From Paraspadella gotoi (Eukaryota; Animalia; Chaetognatha): a stretch of 63,916 nucleotides of DNA. The stretch lies in contig CM119268.1 in the NCBI GenBank assembly GCA_051294375.1, positions 19,058,407 through 19,122,322 on the forward strand, given 5' to 3'. Positions 1 to 13,178 of the stretch are shown here, one piece after another. The notes under the pieces were generated by a model. That model made no database searches. It was given only the letters and a program-made list of their open reading frames with translations, and was not told where the DNA came from. The position numbers and the translations under genes are program-made. Numbering within the stretch: the first letter of the stretch is position 1; every line of letters begins with the position of its first letter.

Positions 1-93
1 GGCTTGCAGAAGCCTTACAATCTTGAATTGCGAGACTATCAACGTCATCGTTGTCACTCTCTGTGGACATGCGAGGCCGCCTGCTTCCAACAG
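1..93 (-). mobile_element. Fragment of Tc1-like transposase (same family as 560-1349 and 11537-12470)
   Basis: Near-identical to 795-921 (ggcttgcagaagcct...tacaatcttgaattgcgagactatc...gcctgcttccaacag). Confidence 0.75.
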
Positions 94-559
94 CTCGTGT
101 GTGGAGGCAAAATCTGAAGTTGCTTTATATACAAATAACTTTATGCCACTAGTATTTGTTATCTATTTTCATTTCGTACTACTCATTTTAAATCCGATGT
201 ATTTGTTAAATTGATCGAAAAATACTGCCTACTAGTAGATAATTTGAAAACTCGAGACACTTCATCGATAATGTGAACAAATGTGAACGTGCTTGATCTG
301 GTTACATCGTGAAATCAGGGATATCCAACTTAAAGAGATTGAACTTTGTCTAAAAAAAAGTCAGACAAGTGACTTAGTCGTCGCTTATCTTTGCCGCCGA
401 AATGTGTGGGTTACTCTTTCGTCTTCGTCACTGGTCGTCTTTAGTCGCGCGTGCCTGGGTAATCTCAATATTCTCAACCTAATTGAATTGAACTGATGTT
501 GGAAAGAGTAATAGTAGGCGACTGCACTGTCATGGCTTATACTGAAAAAATATCACTTG

Positions 560-1349
560 TTCATCCATTATGACCAACACATTTTTGGATGAAGTTGCTA
601 GTCAGGTGAGTTTCCGGGCCAACTTTTGAACTGTTGAACTTTGATGGCCATTTTTCCTCATGACATTTTGAGTGGTCGTTTTAGCTTTGTATAACAAGAG
701 GCTCCAGGATCTGTCTCAATGAAGTTCTGCCCATTCACTGTTCTGAACTTACTGGCAACACTTCCATCTTTCTTCTCCATTTTTTTTCACCAACTGGCTT
801 GCAGAAGCCTACTTACNNNNNNNNNNNNNNNNNNNNNNNNNCCTTACAATCTTGAATTGCGAGACTATCCACGTCATCGTTGTCACTCTCAGTGGACATG
901 CGAGGCCGCCTGCTTCCAACAGTCCAAGGAGTCCAGTTGCTTCAAATTTGTTGACAACTCTGCAGATGGTTGTTAGAGGGAAATTAAACTGACTGGCGAT
1001 CCTATATCTTGACAAACCCCCCTTCCAAAGCTCAACTATCGCAGCTTTCTTTTTGGGGATCAGCTGTTTTGAAGTTTCCATGGTAAAAAAACACAAAAAA
1101 ACATAAAACAAAGATGGATAAAAGAATTTTTTCAACAAAAAAATGGAAATTGTAAGACAAAATTTCGATCCTTTTTTTTATTTTAGTACAGCTTTTATGA
1201 TATTTAGCCTAAAAACCTCGTCATGGGCTCGGATGAAAGATATTTGCCTTGGCTTTCAAATGAACTCAAATTTTAATTAATAGAACAACAGACAAGCGAG
1301 ATAGTAAGGCTAAGGGGTTCAAAGTTTAAACTGTTTTTGATCAGATCAG
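560..1349 (-). mobile_element. Degenerate Tc1/mariner DNA transposon
   Basis: Minus-strand HTH-like N-terminus (IVELWKGGLSRYRIASQFNFPLTTICRVVNKFEATG) and Tc1 motif WPGNSPD at 621-601. The right end resembles the TIR of the 11537-12470 copy and is followed by TA. Contains a 25-N gap. Confidence 0.85.
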
Positions 1350-1742
1350 TAGTTGAAAGAAAGTACACAAGTTCTTAAAAGTAATTTAATAAAGCAACCG
1401 CCGGGTTTCCTGTGATGCCCATTTGGATGGGGTATCTCACCGTTTGGTTTTGGAGCTTCCGACGCTTCCTGTCACTGGCGCGGTTACCCGAGGACGGTCT
1501 CCCTTTGCCAACGCAGAGGGAAGTGGTTCGGACTGTGGATGGAACTCAACGCTTGGGATGGTGTGTTCCGTCTCTGAGCTCATGGGATTGGCTGAACGAT
1601 GACGGACGTGAGGCGGTGTGAAAATACCGCCTCATTATCCTGATTAAAATCTTGATAAGGTTTGGCATTAATTGAAAGGTCGTGTAGAATATAATTTCAA
1701 ATAATTTTACTATTCTACTTTCTCACCACTCTCTCTTCTCTC

Positions 1743-1792
<50 letters not shown>

Positions 1793-2054
1793 CCGCTTTC
1801 TCTCTCTCCCAGTCTTCTTTGCCCTACATTGCCCTACATCTATGAACCGGTCATTTATCTGTAGTCAGGCCCTGTAACTCGCTAAAGCCGCGATGAATGA
1901 TGTTGCTTTTTAAGTTTAAGAGAAAATTATGAACTTGATCACGTGTACGTACAAAAAGGTGAAAAACACACGAAGCCTGGTACGAATTCGCCGATACATA
2001 TATCAAAGTCGATCCCAAGAGAGTCCCGACTAATTCGATTAACCCAGTTGGGTC

Positions 2055-2438
2055 TTTTTTAGTTGCGTCGCGAGTACTCGCGGAGCAACTTTATAAGTCA
2101 CTTTTCGGTCGGTCTGTCGGTCAGTATGTCGGTATGTCTGTCCGTCGTTCTGTCCCACTTAAGTTAAAAATACACATAATTTGCTTATAGTTGGTTGTTC
2201 ATTGGTTAAGACAGAAAAAAAACTCAAATCTCAGGGACTGCCTTCAGGAAATCCTAAAACTATATAAAGAATAAAAGACGGAATTTCGATGCAGTGCTGT
2301 CATAAATACACAGGCTAAGAAAGAGTTTTGTAGTTATGTCGCGTCATATTATGTCATGTCATGTCATGTCATATCACGAGAAATACACGTGAAAATAAAG
2401 TCACTCTGGCGCACCACATTGGATGACCCAATCTTGTT
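2055..2438 (-). mobile_element. Helentron-associated (HINE/DINE-1-like) non-autonomous element
   Basis: Terminal hairpin agttgcgtcgcgagtactcgcggagcaact next to a T-run, a (GTCY)-like microsatellite core, and AACAAG at the other end. An inverted copy of the hairpin end lies at 30323-30435. Confidence 0.6.
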
Positions 2439-3681
2439 TTCTTTTTATCTTCTTTTTATTCCATTTTCAAGTGAGGAGCGACTTGTTTGTTAGGGTTTAA
2501 GAAAAGATATCATTTCGTACCTCGTTTTTGGTTACCTAAATATTTACACAATTCAGAAAATTTTAAACCAAATATTTTTTTTTTTGCTACGCCTACTTCC
2601 TTCGTCGCTATTGAGACGACAAAATTTTTTTTTCTATCATCTTTACTATAATCTAAAAAATAAGGATAATATAGATTTACTCACGTAAAAAAAGTGCAAG
2701 GACATTGACTACTGTAGGTAAATAAACACATTTGTTTTCTTTTCGTCCGCATTTTCTTTCCCCGAATTTAATGTTTATTCATCCAAAAAAAAAAAAATTT
2801 CCTGAGGACAACTTTATCTTTTTCTTATTTTTCCCTTTAGGCAAACCTAACCTGTCGACAGTACTAGAGTAAAATTGCTTCTTTTTATCTTTTTTCTTTC
2901 TTTAATATTCTTTGAGCTAAATTAATTTGTGGACAGTGGAGCAAAATATGTTTGAAAGATATAATAATAATAATAATAAAAAGATTTCATTGACTATTTT
3001 GTTTCATGTTGCGAGAGTGCCTCTCGTACATAGATATTCTTTCATTTTTTTTTTCATTTTTGCTAAAAACGAGTAAATGAAAAATGCTGACAAAATTTAA
3101 AGTCATGTTTATGACGACAAGGGAGGCAACGTCGACGACGACGACGACGACGACGACGACCAGGATAACGATGACGTAGATGAGGGCAACGACCTCAACG
3201 TAAACGACGATGATAACTAAAACTGTTTATTCGTTTATTCCCTCTACATCCCCTCTTATTTTTCTCTCTTTCCCTCTCTATTCATTTTCTTTTCATTTTC
3301 TCTTTCCCTCTTATTTTTCTTTCTTTCCCTCTCTTTTCATTTTCTTTTCATTTTCTATTTTCCCCCTTTACTCGTCATTTCTCCTTCCTTTTCTCCCCTT
3401 ACGTCTTCCCCTTTGCCCTCTTTCGTTTTTTCCTCCTCCCCCTCCTCCTCATCTCCCTTTCCCCTTTCTTATCCTCCTCCCCCTTTCCTTATCTACATCT
3501 ATCCCTTCCCCTTCCACCTCTTCCTTCTCTCCTTTCCACCCTTCAACCCTCTCGACTCTTCCTCCCCCTTTACTCCCTCTTCATCTCTCCCTTCCCCCTC
3601 CACCTCTTCCTTCTCTCCCTTCAACCCTCTCGTCTCTTCCTCCCCCTTTCCTCCCTCTTCATCTCCTCTACCTCCCTCCAG

Positions 3682-3820
3682 ATTCCCCTTCGGACGGTCA
3701 CTCCGTCACCGAAGAAGACGACGTCTTTGAATCCGGAATCGCGTCCGGGAATTCGAGTCCCGCAGGACGGAAGACCCTGTCTAAGGGCATTTCTAAGGGC
3801 ATTTCCGAGGGCATTCTAAG
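3682..3820 (+). CDS. Internal exon A of a large low-complexity nuclear protein (5' exons not found in window)
   Basis: About 450-nt pyrimidine tract ending ccag at 3681. Encodes (D)SPSDGHSVTEEDDVFESGIASGNSSPAGRKTLSKG... Donor AG|GTGGGT at 3820/3821 is phase 2, matching the next exon. Confidence 0.6.
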
Positions 3821-3985
3821 GTGGGTCGAAGGAAGGGGCATCGTTAAGGGCATTTCCGAGGGAATTTTAAGGTGGGTTGAAGGAAAGAGGCATGACTAAG
3901 GGCATTTCCGAGGGCATTCTAAGGTGGGTCGAATGAAGGGGCATTTCCGAGGGCAATTCCCAGGGTGGGTCGAAGGAAGGGGCAT
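3781..3985 (+). repeat. ~51-bp tandem repeat spanning the splice donor of exon A
   Basis: Unit aagggcatttccgagggcattctaaggtgggtcgaaggaaggggcat, about 4 degenerate copies. Confidence 0.85.
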
Positions 3986-4157
3986 ATTTTTAGGGAACAT
4001 CTATCGAGACAAAGGGCGTTCAAAAGTGAGAGGGAATCCCAAAAATTAGTGAGGCCCCCCAAAAAAGGTTCGCTCCTTAAAGTTAACCTAGTCAACATAG
4101 TCTTTAAAATTATGACAGACTGTTAGTTTTAAAACTACAGAGAGAGAGAGAGAGAGA

Positions 4158-4220
<63 letters not shown>

Positions 4221-5910
4221 AAAAAGAGAGATCGAAGTTAATGCGATCATCCGATCCACGTTAAAAACCTCGGATGACATATTCATCGGCGAATGACGTT
4301 ATCAAATTAGTACAACCCATACAAAATTATCCATTCGTTTAATCAGCTAGCTTGACTCTCACTTTGAACAGGCTGTACGGTGGGTTGAGGCCTCCATCCC
4401 TAATACAAGATCAAAAAATAGCCGGACCCTACAAGACTCTCTCACAGTCGAATATATTTAGAGAACGTGGGTTCTCTTGCCATGAAGCGGTATAATGTTC
4501 TATGAACTGTTTGAACCACTCTCTAAATTATTAGATCTAGCCTAGGAATGTTATATTATACTTCGCACTATGTAGCATCAATATACATTACATATATTAT
4601 ATACATATATACATATATGCATTAAGGCGTAGTGAAAGTTACATACGAAAAATTCTAAAAAGTCAATTATGAACAACATACCATCAGTGAACATTAATTT
4701 GTAAAAAATATTAATTTTATGTTTTTTAATTTCGCAGTAGGCTATATTTATATATAGTACTATCCTTATAAAATCGAAAAATTTCAAAATAAGCTTATCT
4801 TAATTTGATTGCAGATTTGAATTCCTCTTCAAAAGTTGATAAAAGAAAATATAAATCATTTTTAAAAATTCTTTCATTAAGTGGGTTAAAAATAAAAAAA
4901 CTATATTTAATATATAAAAAGATTAATTTTCAGCTTAAAATATAGCTTTTCTAATTTTTGACCCAACTTAATAAGAAATTTTTTCAAAAAGTAAGTATAT
5001 TTCTTTTTCAACTTTTTATGACGAATCCAAATCTGCAAAAAAATCTTAGAAAAAACTGTTTTGAAATTTTAACATTTATTGATTTAGTACTAGTATAAAT
5101 ATGGCCTACTGCGTAAATTGTAAAATTTATTAAATTTTTTTAAAAATATTTTTATATTGAAAGTTAAATTTAGAAATTTTACTAAGCCTTAATATACATT
5201 ATACAAGGTGCTGACTGTTACTTCAGGCTCGATCCAACGATTTCGACTCTCGATTTATAAAAAAAAAGTTAATTGGGTTAATTATAATATAAAAAACCCA
5301 AATTTATAAATTAAAAAACAACTGAAAATCATTATCGTATCGATCGCTCCGGAAACTGGGAAACAAATTGAGCGAATTTTTTTTTTCATTCGAGTTAAAA
5401 AAATTAAATACGTAAGTCAAAATACGTCAGTGATGAGTTAAGAAAATCAAAATAGCGCTTCTCTCTTTGATCGTATATTATAAATATGTTTTTTATAAAT
5501 AAGTATAAAAAATTGTTTAAATATCATGATATGATGCAAACTTAAAGTCAGCGGTAATTTTAAAAATTTCAGTACTTTTTGGAATCAAACTGAAAAATAA
5601 ATATTCTTTAAAATCTCAACCGATAAAATACGCAATGAAATAAATGCATTTTATCTACTAAAAAAATTAATTTAAATTAATAAGACTGACTTTATTTTCC
5701 GAAAGTAGTTATCTTTTAATTTTAAATGACTATAAAAACTAGCGAAGCGATTATAAAAAAAAACGCAACAAATAGTAAATGGTTAATCCAAATTGCCATT
5801 TTAAAACGCTCCCACGAGGAATTAATCGTCGATCATTAACCTCTTCTTGCTTTTTTACGATTTCTACTGATCGGGAGGGTGGCCATGATGCGCATCAAAG
5901 TTTTTTTATC

Positions 5911-5992
<82 letters not shown>

Positions 5993-7154
5993 GTCTCTCT
6001 CTCAATTAGTCTTTCGAGAAAAAAGGCGTCGTTTTTAAGAGGCGATGCTCCTTAGCTGCCGAGCGAGAGAACTCGGATGAATGTCCTCTCGAACGAACTT
6101 GTCCCCAGATGGAAAACAACAACAACAACGACAACGACAACGACAACCGACTCGCAATTTAGATTTCGAGCGCGAGCAGCCATTATATTTTTTTCCGGCG
6201 ACCTATAAAAGCGGTCGCCCGGGGTCCTCCCCATCTCACCCCGAGGGGTATCATGACCCCGTCGCGATTGTCGACTACCCCTGGGGGTCCAGACTCACGA
6301 CATGAGTTCCCGCGGGGAATCACTTGATCAAGACGAAACTCGCGAAAGAGAGTTAGACGAGATGAGGCTTGAAGCTTGGAATCCAATTCACTTCAAATTC
6401 GTAAACAGAACTTAAAGAACAATAAAAACCGAAAAAGGAAATGCCAAATATCAAAGATAGAATTTGAAGAAACTAAAGCTTAAAATCGGAGAGTCCTTCT
6501 GCGATTCAAGTATAAAACTATCAAAATGACAACAAAAAAGAAAAACGAAATCAAACGAAGTTAGTTAATAAGTAGAAAAACATGAAAATCAGAAGAAAAG
6601 CGTTAAATCATAAAATACAATAAATAAGTGAACATGAAATTAACGGTGAAAGTCAAAGAATGGAGTAATTGGATTTAAAGAGAGTAAGCTCACCATTTTT
6701 ATTAAGTGTCACAAGCGCACAATAAAAAACAATAGTTTAATAAATATCCTTTGAATCATACATCTTATTTTATGCCAAAGAAGAAAACATGTTGAATTCC
6801 CGCGATAAAAGAAAAAGAAATAAAATTAAGGTGAGAGAGTTTAAACTCGAAACCAGTTCGAACTTTAAAATTTTAATAGGATTAAAAAAAAATACTTATC
6901 GCCAGCGGCATAGTGCCTCAGGTTTTAGTTTATTTCACCCAATTTAGTAAATTGATAAAAATGTATCTGTATTTCACGTCATTTAAAACTGTATGTATGT
7001 TAGGAGTGGCATATTCATTAAGGCGGAACAAGGTAAAAACTAAGAGTTCTGTCATACAAAAAACGTTAGAGCATCTCTGTGGGATAACAAAATTTTTAAA
7101 TTTTCATTGTATTGTTCATTGTATTGTTCATTGTATTGTTCATTGTATAGTTAA

Positions 7155-7366
7155 TAACTTCATTGATAGGGAAGTCAGGTACTCTGGGAGTGAATAAACA
7201 AGACTGTGAGAGAGTCTTGATTGAAAGCTTGCAGGGACCTGCTATGTCATTATCTTGTAAGAGTGATGGAGGCCTTAAACCACCACAGCCTGTCCTAAGT
7301 CAGGGGCAAGATAGCTTATTTATTAAATGAATGGATAATTTTTATATTGGTTGTACCAATTTCATA
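7155..7366 (+). repeat. Dispersed repeat family B (unclassified TE fragment)
   Basis: Reverse-complement copies at about 4309-4450, 31650-31853, 31968-32050 and 50893-50988 (e.g. ggaggccttaaaccaccacagcctgtcc...gatagcttatttattaaatgaatggataa). Confidence 0.8.
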
Positions 7367-8041
7367 GAAGCATTTAAACTTTATTATATTACTATAAATC
7401 ATAAAAATTTTATATTTCAAATTCAGAATTTTTAAAAACGGATTCGGGTAGAGCTTGAAAAAATAAATAAAAAATATTATACAAGAATTCCAAATTTTTA
7501 TGTTTTATTGGTTAAAATTAGCAAAAACTAAAAAAATTATTGTATGATAATGATGGTGATGATGATAATTTTTAAGGGTTTTTCCCTTATTTGACCCACT
7601 TATCATCGAAATATTGAAAAACGCATTATATTTTGTGTAGACAACTTTTTATGGGCTATCTGAATCCGTTCTTAAAAAAATAAAATTTTTACAAAAATAC
7701 TTCAATGTTATACTGTGCTTCACTAGTTATAAAAGTGATAGTAAACATTGATTAAGTATATGATGGACAAATGAATTTTATATGACAGAACTTCTAATGA
7801 TAAAAAGAGATCAAATTTAACCCGCCTTAATATTCATGGTACTGCGACATGCAAGTAAGAATCGGGAAAAAGCTCTAAAATTTATAGAATTTAAACCATT
7901 TTACTTTCGATAACTGTACTGGACTCCTCATTAGTAGTCAAAGTCATCACACCAACTATACATATGATAAACATATGAAGAATCTATTTGAAACCCAGCC
8001 AGGCAGAGATCGTGCGTCGTCTTCGACCGCTGAGAGAGAAA

Positions 8042-9038
8042 AACAAGTTTGAGCAAACAATGTCGGATCTGCCTACGATAATAGAGCGGTAATAAGCAAA
8101 TCCAATGATCTAATGATCCAAAGAAATTATAACAAATCGTAACTTAACAAATCATAACAGACTTAATGAATTTATGAAAAAATCTATAAATCAATACCAA
8201 ATACCAAATTGCATAATTTAGTCAACTTGCATAATTTGGTAATTTTGCATAATTTGGTAAACTTGCATAATTTGGTCAACTTGTTAAATTTGCTCAACTG
8301 ACATAATTTGCTCAACAGGCATAATTTGATCAACTGCCATAATTGGGTCAACCAGCATAATTTGGTAAAACTTGTTAAATTTGCTCAACTGACATAATTT
8401 GCTCAACTGGCATTTTTTTATCAACTAACATAATTTGATCAACTTGCAGAATTTGTTCAACTGCCATAATTTGGTCAATTGGCATATTTTGTCAATCAAT
8501 CAGTCAATCAATCAATCAATCAGAGAGAGATAGAGAGAGGGAAACTTTTAAAATTTCAAATAAATGTGTCTTTTGGTTTTCTATTTTAAACTCTTTTCCA
8601 CTCCTACGATTCCAACAAAAATTTATATCCAGCTTAATCTCAGACTTTCTATACCCACAATCAAAATTTCATTTTAATTTAATTATTCAATTTTTAATCA
8701 ATATAATAATTATGATTAAATATAAGTAAAAATACTTTAAGTAAATACAACTTTTTTTTTTCCATTTAAACTCATTTCAAATTGCACGATTCCATCGAAG
8801 CTTTATATCCAGCTCAATCACACACTTTCCTACCCACGCACAAAATTTAATTCCAATCCATTCATCCAATCACGAGTAATTGGAATTTAATGAAAAGGTG
8901 GGACGGATGGACATAATTTTTTTTATGATATGCAGTTATGATAAAAATAATTTACCGACAAGATTTGGGGGTGAGACTGACGGACCGACAAAGTGAATTA
9001 TAAAGTCGGAATCTGCGATAAGCAGATCCGACTAAAAA
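8042..9038 (+). mobile_element. HINE/Helentron-like element carrying an 18-bp minisatellite
   Basis: Starts AACAAG. Subterminal GTCGGATCTGC near 8062 is inverted in the 3' hairpin gtcggaatctgc-gataa-gcagatccgac-taaaaa. Internal (ataatttggtcaacttgc)n at about 8210-8490. Inverted copy at 61692-63510. Confidence 0.7.
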
Positions 9039-9104
9039 TAAAGAGTATAAGAACTTAAATCTCTTTATACCCGAAGAGATTATGGAAATGAAACAAACGG
9101 ATCC

Positions 9105-9152
<48 letters not shown>

Positions 9153-9515
9153 TTGTATAAAAGACGATAATTTAGATCCACTGATTTATATAGACTAGCA
9201 AGAGGCCGATTTATGTACCCCTTCGCCTTTGCTCGAAAATTTTTATCAATGGCGGCGTGATATTACAAGAGACGAAGTCTTTCTGTTTATACAAAGAGAC
9301 GAAACATTAAGACAAAGAATGAAATGAATCTGTCGGTCTGTTTCTCTATATATCTTTTTACAACATTCGAATAAAGTAAAATAAAATAAAAGTAATTGTA
9401 ATTTATTTTAAAAACCGTCGCTATTATGGGCAGCGGTTTGAAGGTAATCGAACCCGATCTCATTCTATAATCGCCGATGTTACTCTTTTCTATCGTTTCC
9501 CTTTATTCTTCGCAG

Positions 9516-9668
9516 CTTCGACGCGCGTCAGGACGGAACTTGGCACCAAGTTTTGACTCCCGACGCCGCATATCTCGAGACGGCGTCGAACGGCGTCGTT
9601 CGTTCCAACTCTCCCCACAGCGACTACAGCAGCGGACCCGAGTCGCCGATCAGCCACTCCGGCGAGGT

Positions 9669-9708
<40 letters not shown>

Positions 9709-11285
9709 ATGGGTGGCGCTACAATCTCGTCCGACGGAGACCGTCTGCTCCTCAGCCTCGACGGCGCCTCTTCACGTCTCCTTCGTCGCTGCTCGAACGG
9801 CGTCATTCGATTCGACGCCGACTTAGGCCACGCCGCTCCGATGCTATCATCGCCGGCGTCGTCTTCGTCCCAGCAGAGACGCCATCCTCGCGTAGGCAAC
9901 GCCGCTCGTGTTCAGGACTGCCTGGTGACGAGACAAGCGCAACACCGCGTCAGGAAAAGAAAAATGAGAGAGAATCCCACATCTTCCTCCTCCTCCTCCT
10001 CCTCCACCTCCCCGCTTCTCTTGGAGAGACTCTTGAAGCAGAAACAATTCGCCATCTCAACTTTGGATGATCTTCCTGTGCTGAAGATTCGGACGATGAA
10101 ACCCAGAGCGGACGTCTCCCCCAAATCGTCGCCATCCTCCTCTTCTTCCTCCTCCTCCTCCTCCTCCCCAACGATCCAAGACGCCGAGACGGTGCGTTAC
10201 ATCATCTCCTCCAGACTTCCCGTCTCCGTGGCCAAGTTGCGGCGCCAAGACCGCGACGCCGGCCGTCGCGATGAGGTGGTGGTGCCCACCCAGCCGCCCC
10301 ATTTTGATCATCAGTACTCGAGGCCGACGCCGAGTCGGCTGGCAACTCCGCCGCCGCCGCAGCAGCAGAAGCAGCTTACGCATCGGTTATCCGCACGAGA
10401 TCGAAGCCTCAACCTTTCCGCGAAATCATCGGGCATTAGCAACTCCAGCATTAATAAGAACATAGGTAACCAAGGCGGTGTCTTTGGTGCCGGTTCTCCA
10501 ACGGCCGGGGTCGCACGTAAGAAATTCGTTTTCGACGCCGGAAAATCTTCGACGACGACGCAAGTCTCGATTCTCTCCAAATCCAAATCCTACAGCAGCG
10601 GCGCCGACGACTCCGCCGCGGCCGCCGCTTCCACGCAGCAGTTCGTCGACGCGGCTCCGGTCCGGCGCGATTCTATCTTGGCGACGCTGGTAACAGGCGG
10701 CGCCGGAAGCGCGGCGGCGCGAAGGGCTTCCGGTCGACGCAACTTCATCCGCGTTCGACGAGGAGATCGATCCTTCATTCTTTCCTCGAACGCGTCGTCG
10801 ATGAAGGCGTCAAAAGGAGGCGTGGCCGAAGCGACGCCGGGAACCAACGGCATGTTGGCGGCGTCGATCGGGGAAGAAAGTTCGACGCCGGGTTTTCTCT
10901 CTAGCACCGCTGACGCCGCGCCGCAATCTTTACCTTCCAACAAAGCGGGGACGGACTTGTTGATGTCCTCGCCTCTTCGATTGCCGACCTGCTCGGCGGA
11001 AGAACCAACAACGACGGCGACGACGACGACGACGAAGGCTCACAAATCCACACGCGTCTTCCCTTATTCTACCGTATGCTCTTCATCCTCATCTTCTTCC
11101 TCTTTTGGATTACCCCAAGATCTAACGACGACAGTTTCCACCGCGGCTTCTGCCGACGCCGCTGCCGACGCCGCTGCCGATACAGCCGCCGCCGTCGCTC
11201 TCTCAGTATCCTCGACTGGGACCGACGCGGACGGATCTTCCATCGCCGATTCTAACAGCGACGTTGGTTCACCCGACAATCCCAG
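9516..11285 (+). CDS. Exon B of large Ser/Gly/Ala/Thr-rich disordered nuclear protein
   Basis: GC-rich 1770-nt open exon. Acceptor cttcgcag| at 9515 and donor CCCAG|GTCAG at 11285, both phase 2. Contains RVRKRKMR (NLS-like), LERLL, DHQY and PQDLT. Confidence 0.85.
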
Positions 11286-11536
11286 GTCAGCTTCCTGACT
11301 AAAGAGAACATTTTCTGTTTTATTTTTTGAGAAACAAACTCTATTGGCTGCTTCAAGCGCTCCCAAATCGTTTTCAGGGTTTTTAAAATAACTTTTGTAA
11401 AATTGTTCATAATATCATCGCAGGAAATGGACAATTATCGTTATCTCCTCGTGTATTTAATGTTAATAAAACTTCTCTACTTTATCCTCAATTAACCACA
11501 CTTACTTTCTTTCTTTCATATTTATGTTTATATTTA

Positions 11537-12470
11537 CAGATCTGCTCAAAAAAAAGTTTAATAGTAGTGATAAAAGCGTTTTATTTTGCTATATGAAGGA
11601 AAATTACACTTTTTATGACTCAGTTAATTAGTACTTGGTCGGACCACCATTTGCTCACAGCACTGCTTCCATGCGACGAGGGCGAGAGTCATAGAGGATG
11701 CGCAAATATGAAGAGTTCAGCTCCTGCCAAATGCATTTTACAATTTTCTTTATTTCGTCGACTGTCGTAGCGTTGTACTGCGAAATGTCCCTTTTCATCC
11801 TTTCCCAGATGTTCCGATCCCGTTTTCCTCATAACATTTTTGGGTGGCTTTAGCTTTGTATCCAGGAGCTCTATCCTCCATTAAAAGCCGCCCATTCACT
11901 GTTCACTGTTGAACTGACTATCAACAATTACTCTTCTCTTTATATTTTTCTCAACTGGCTTGCAGAAGCAGAATTGCAAGACTTTCTAGGTCATCGTCCT
12001 TGCTCTATATGGACGTGCAAGGCCACCTGCTTCCAACAGCTCGTCCAAGATCTCCAGTTGCTTCAAATTTGTTGACAACTCTGCAGATGCTGTATGAGAG
12101 AAATGAAACTGTTTGGCTATCCTATATCTTGACAAACCCGCCTTATATAGCTCAACATTTGCAGCTTTCTTTTTGGGGTTTAGCTGTTTTGAAGTTTCTT
12201 TGGTAAAAAAGAAAAACAAAAACAAAAAACAAAGATGGATAAGAAATTTTTTTTCGCAAAAAAAAAAAAAGAAAATTGTCAGACAAAATTTCGATCCTTT
12301 TTTTTTATCTTAGCACAGCTTCTATAATATTTAGCCCATAAACCTCGTCATGGCCTCGAATGAAAGATCTTTGTCTTGACTTTAAAATGACCCCGGGTTT
12401 TAATTAATAGGACGACAGACAAGCGAGATAGTAAGGGGGTTCAAAGTTTAAATTTTTTTGAGCAGATCTG
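11537..12470 (-). mobile_element. Internally deleted Tc1-family transposon (intronic)
   Basis: TIRs CAGATCTGCTCAAAAAAA / TTTTTTTGAGCAGATCTG with TA on the left. Decayed transposase: HTH N-terminus (11986-12225) and Tc1 C-terminus IWERMKR...RPRRMEAVL*ANGGPTKY*. Confidence 0.9.
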
Positions 12471-12945
12471 TTTATTTATATTTATATTTTTATATATTTA
12501 TCAATCTCATTCTTGGTTACATCAAAAGTTCATTCCTTATATCTTTAATAAAGTTTTATATTTAAATTTATATATTTTAAATAGTATATTTTATATTATT
12601 TTAAAATAATTACAATTTTTTTCTGATGTTGTAAATAAAAAAACAAGAATTTATAAAAAGAAATATAAAAAAACTGTATTAATATGTAGAATAAGATTTT
12701 GCGGACGAATATTAAATCTTTATTTTTTATTTAAAAATTAAAAAAAACTGACGAAAGTTAACATAAAAAATTAATAATCACAATAATTTTAAATAAATTG
12801 AAATTTAAAAAAATGAATTTAAACAAATTCAATATAGAAAAACTAATTACCGGGAGTAGCGCACTAGTGAATCGTCAATTTATACTACAAATTTGGCTAA
12901 ATCTAAAGCGAATATAAGGGCGAATTTTTAATTAATTTTTTCCAG

Positions 12946-13071
12946 TTCTGGTTCTCAACCCTGGAACGACGTCATGAATGAGATGGAAGATTTTCTTCCG
13001 GATGGAATCATGGAAGACATCGTCAATCTCTCGATGGCTCTGGAGATGGGAAGCGACGACGACGATTTCTC
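12946..13071 (+). CDS. Exon C of the plus-strand gene (not in ORF track): SGSQPWNDVMNEMEDFLPDGIMEDIVNLSMALEMGSDDDDF
   Basis: tttttttccag| acceptor and TC|GTAATA donor. 126 nt, phase 2 at both ends, joining exons B and D in frame. Confidence 0.85.
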
Positions 13072-13178
13072 GTAATATATTTAAATATATAAACATTATA
13101 AAAAACACGTTGATATAATAAAATTACCATATTAACGCATTTTATTTTTTTCCTTTCTCCCCTCTGACACTTCTCCAG

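Noticed and set aside
1395-1635. GC-richer segment with short ORFs and a terminal hairpin (gaggcggt...accgcctc)
   Set aside because: No recognisable protein or RNA motif and no usable splice sites; probably a TE fragment that cannot be classified.
3105-3220. (GAC)n acidic stretch as an upstream exon
   Set aside because: No good acceptor, and the candidate donors are not phase-compatible with exon 3682.
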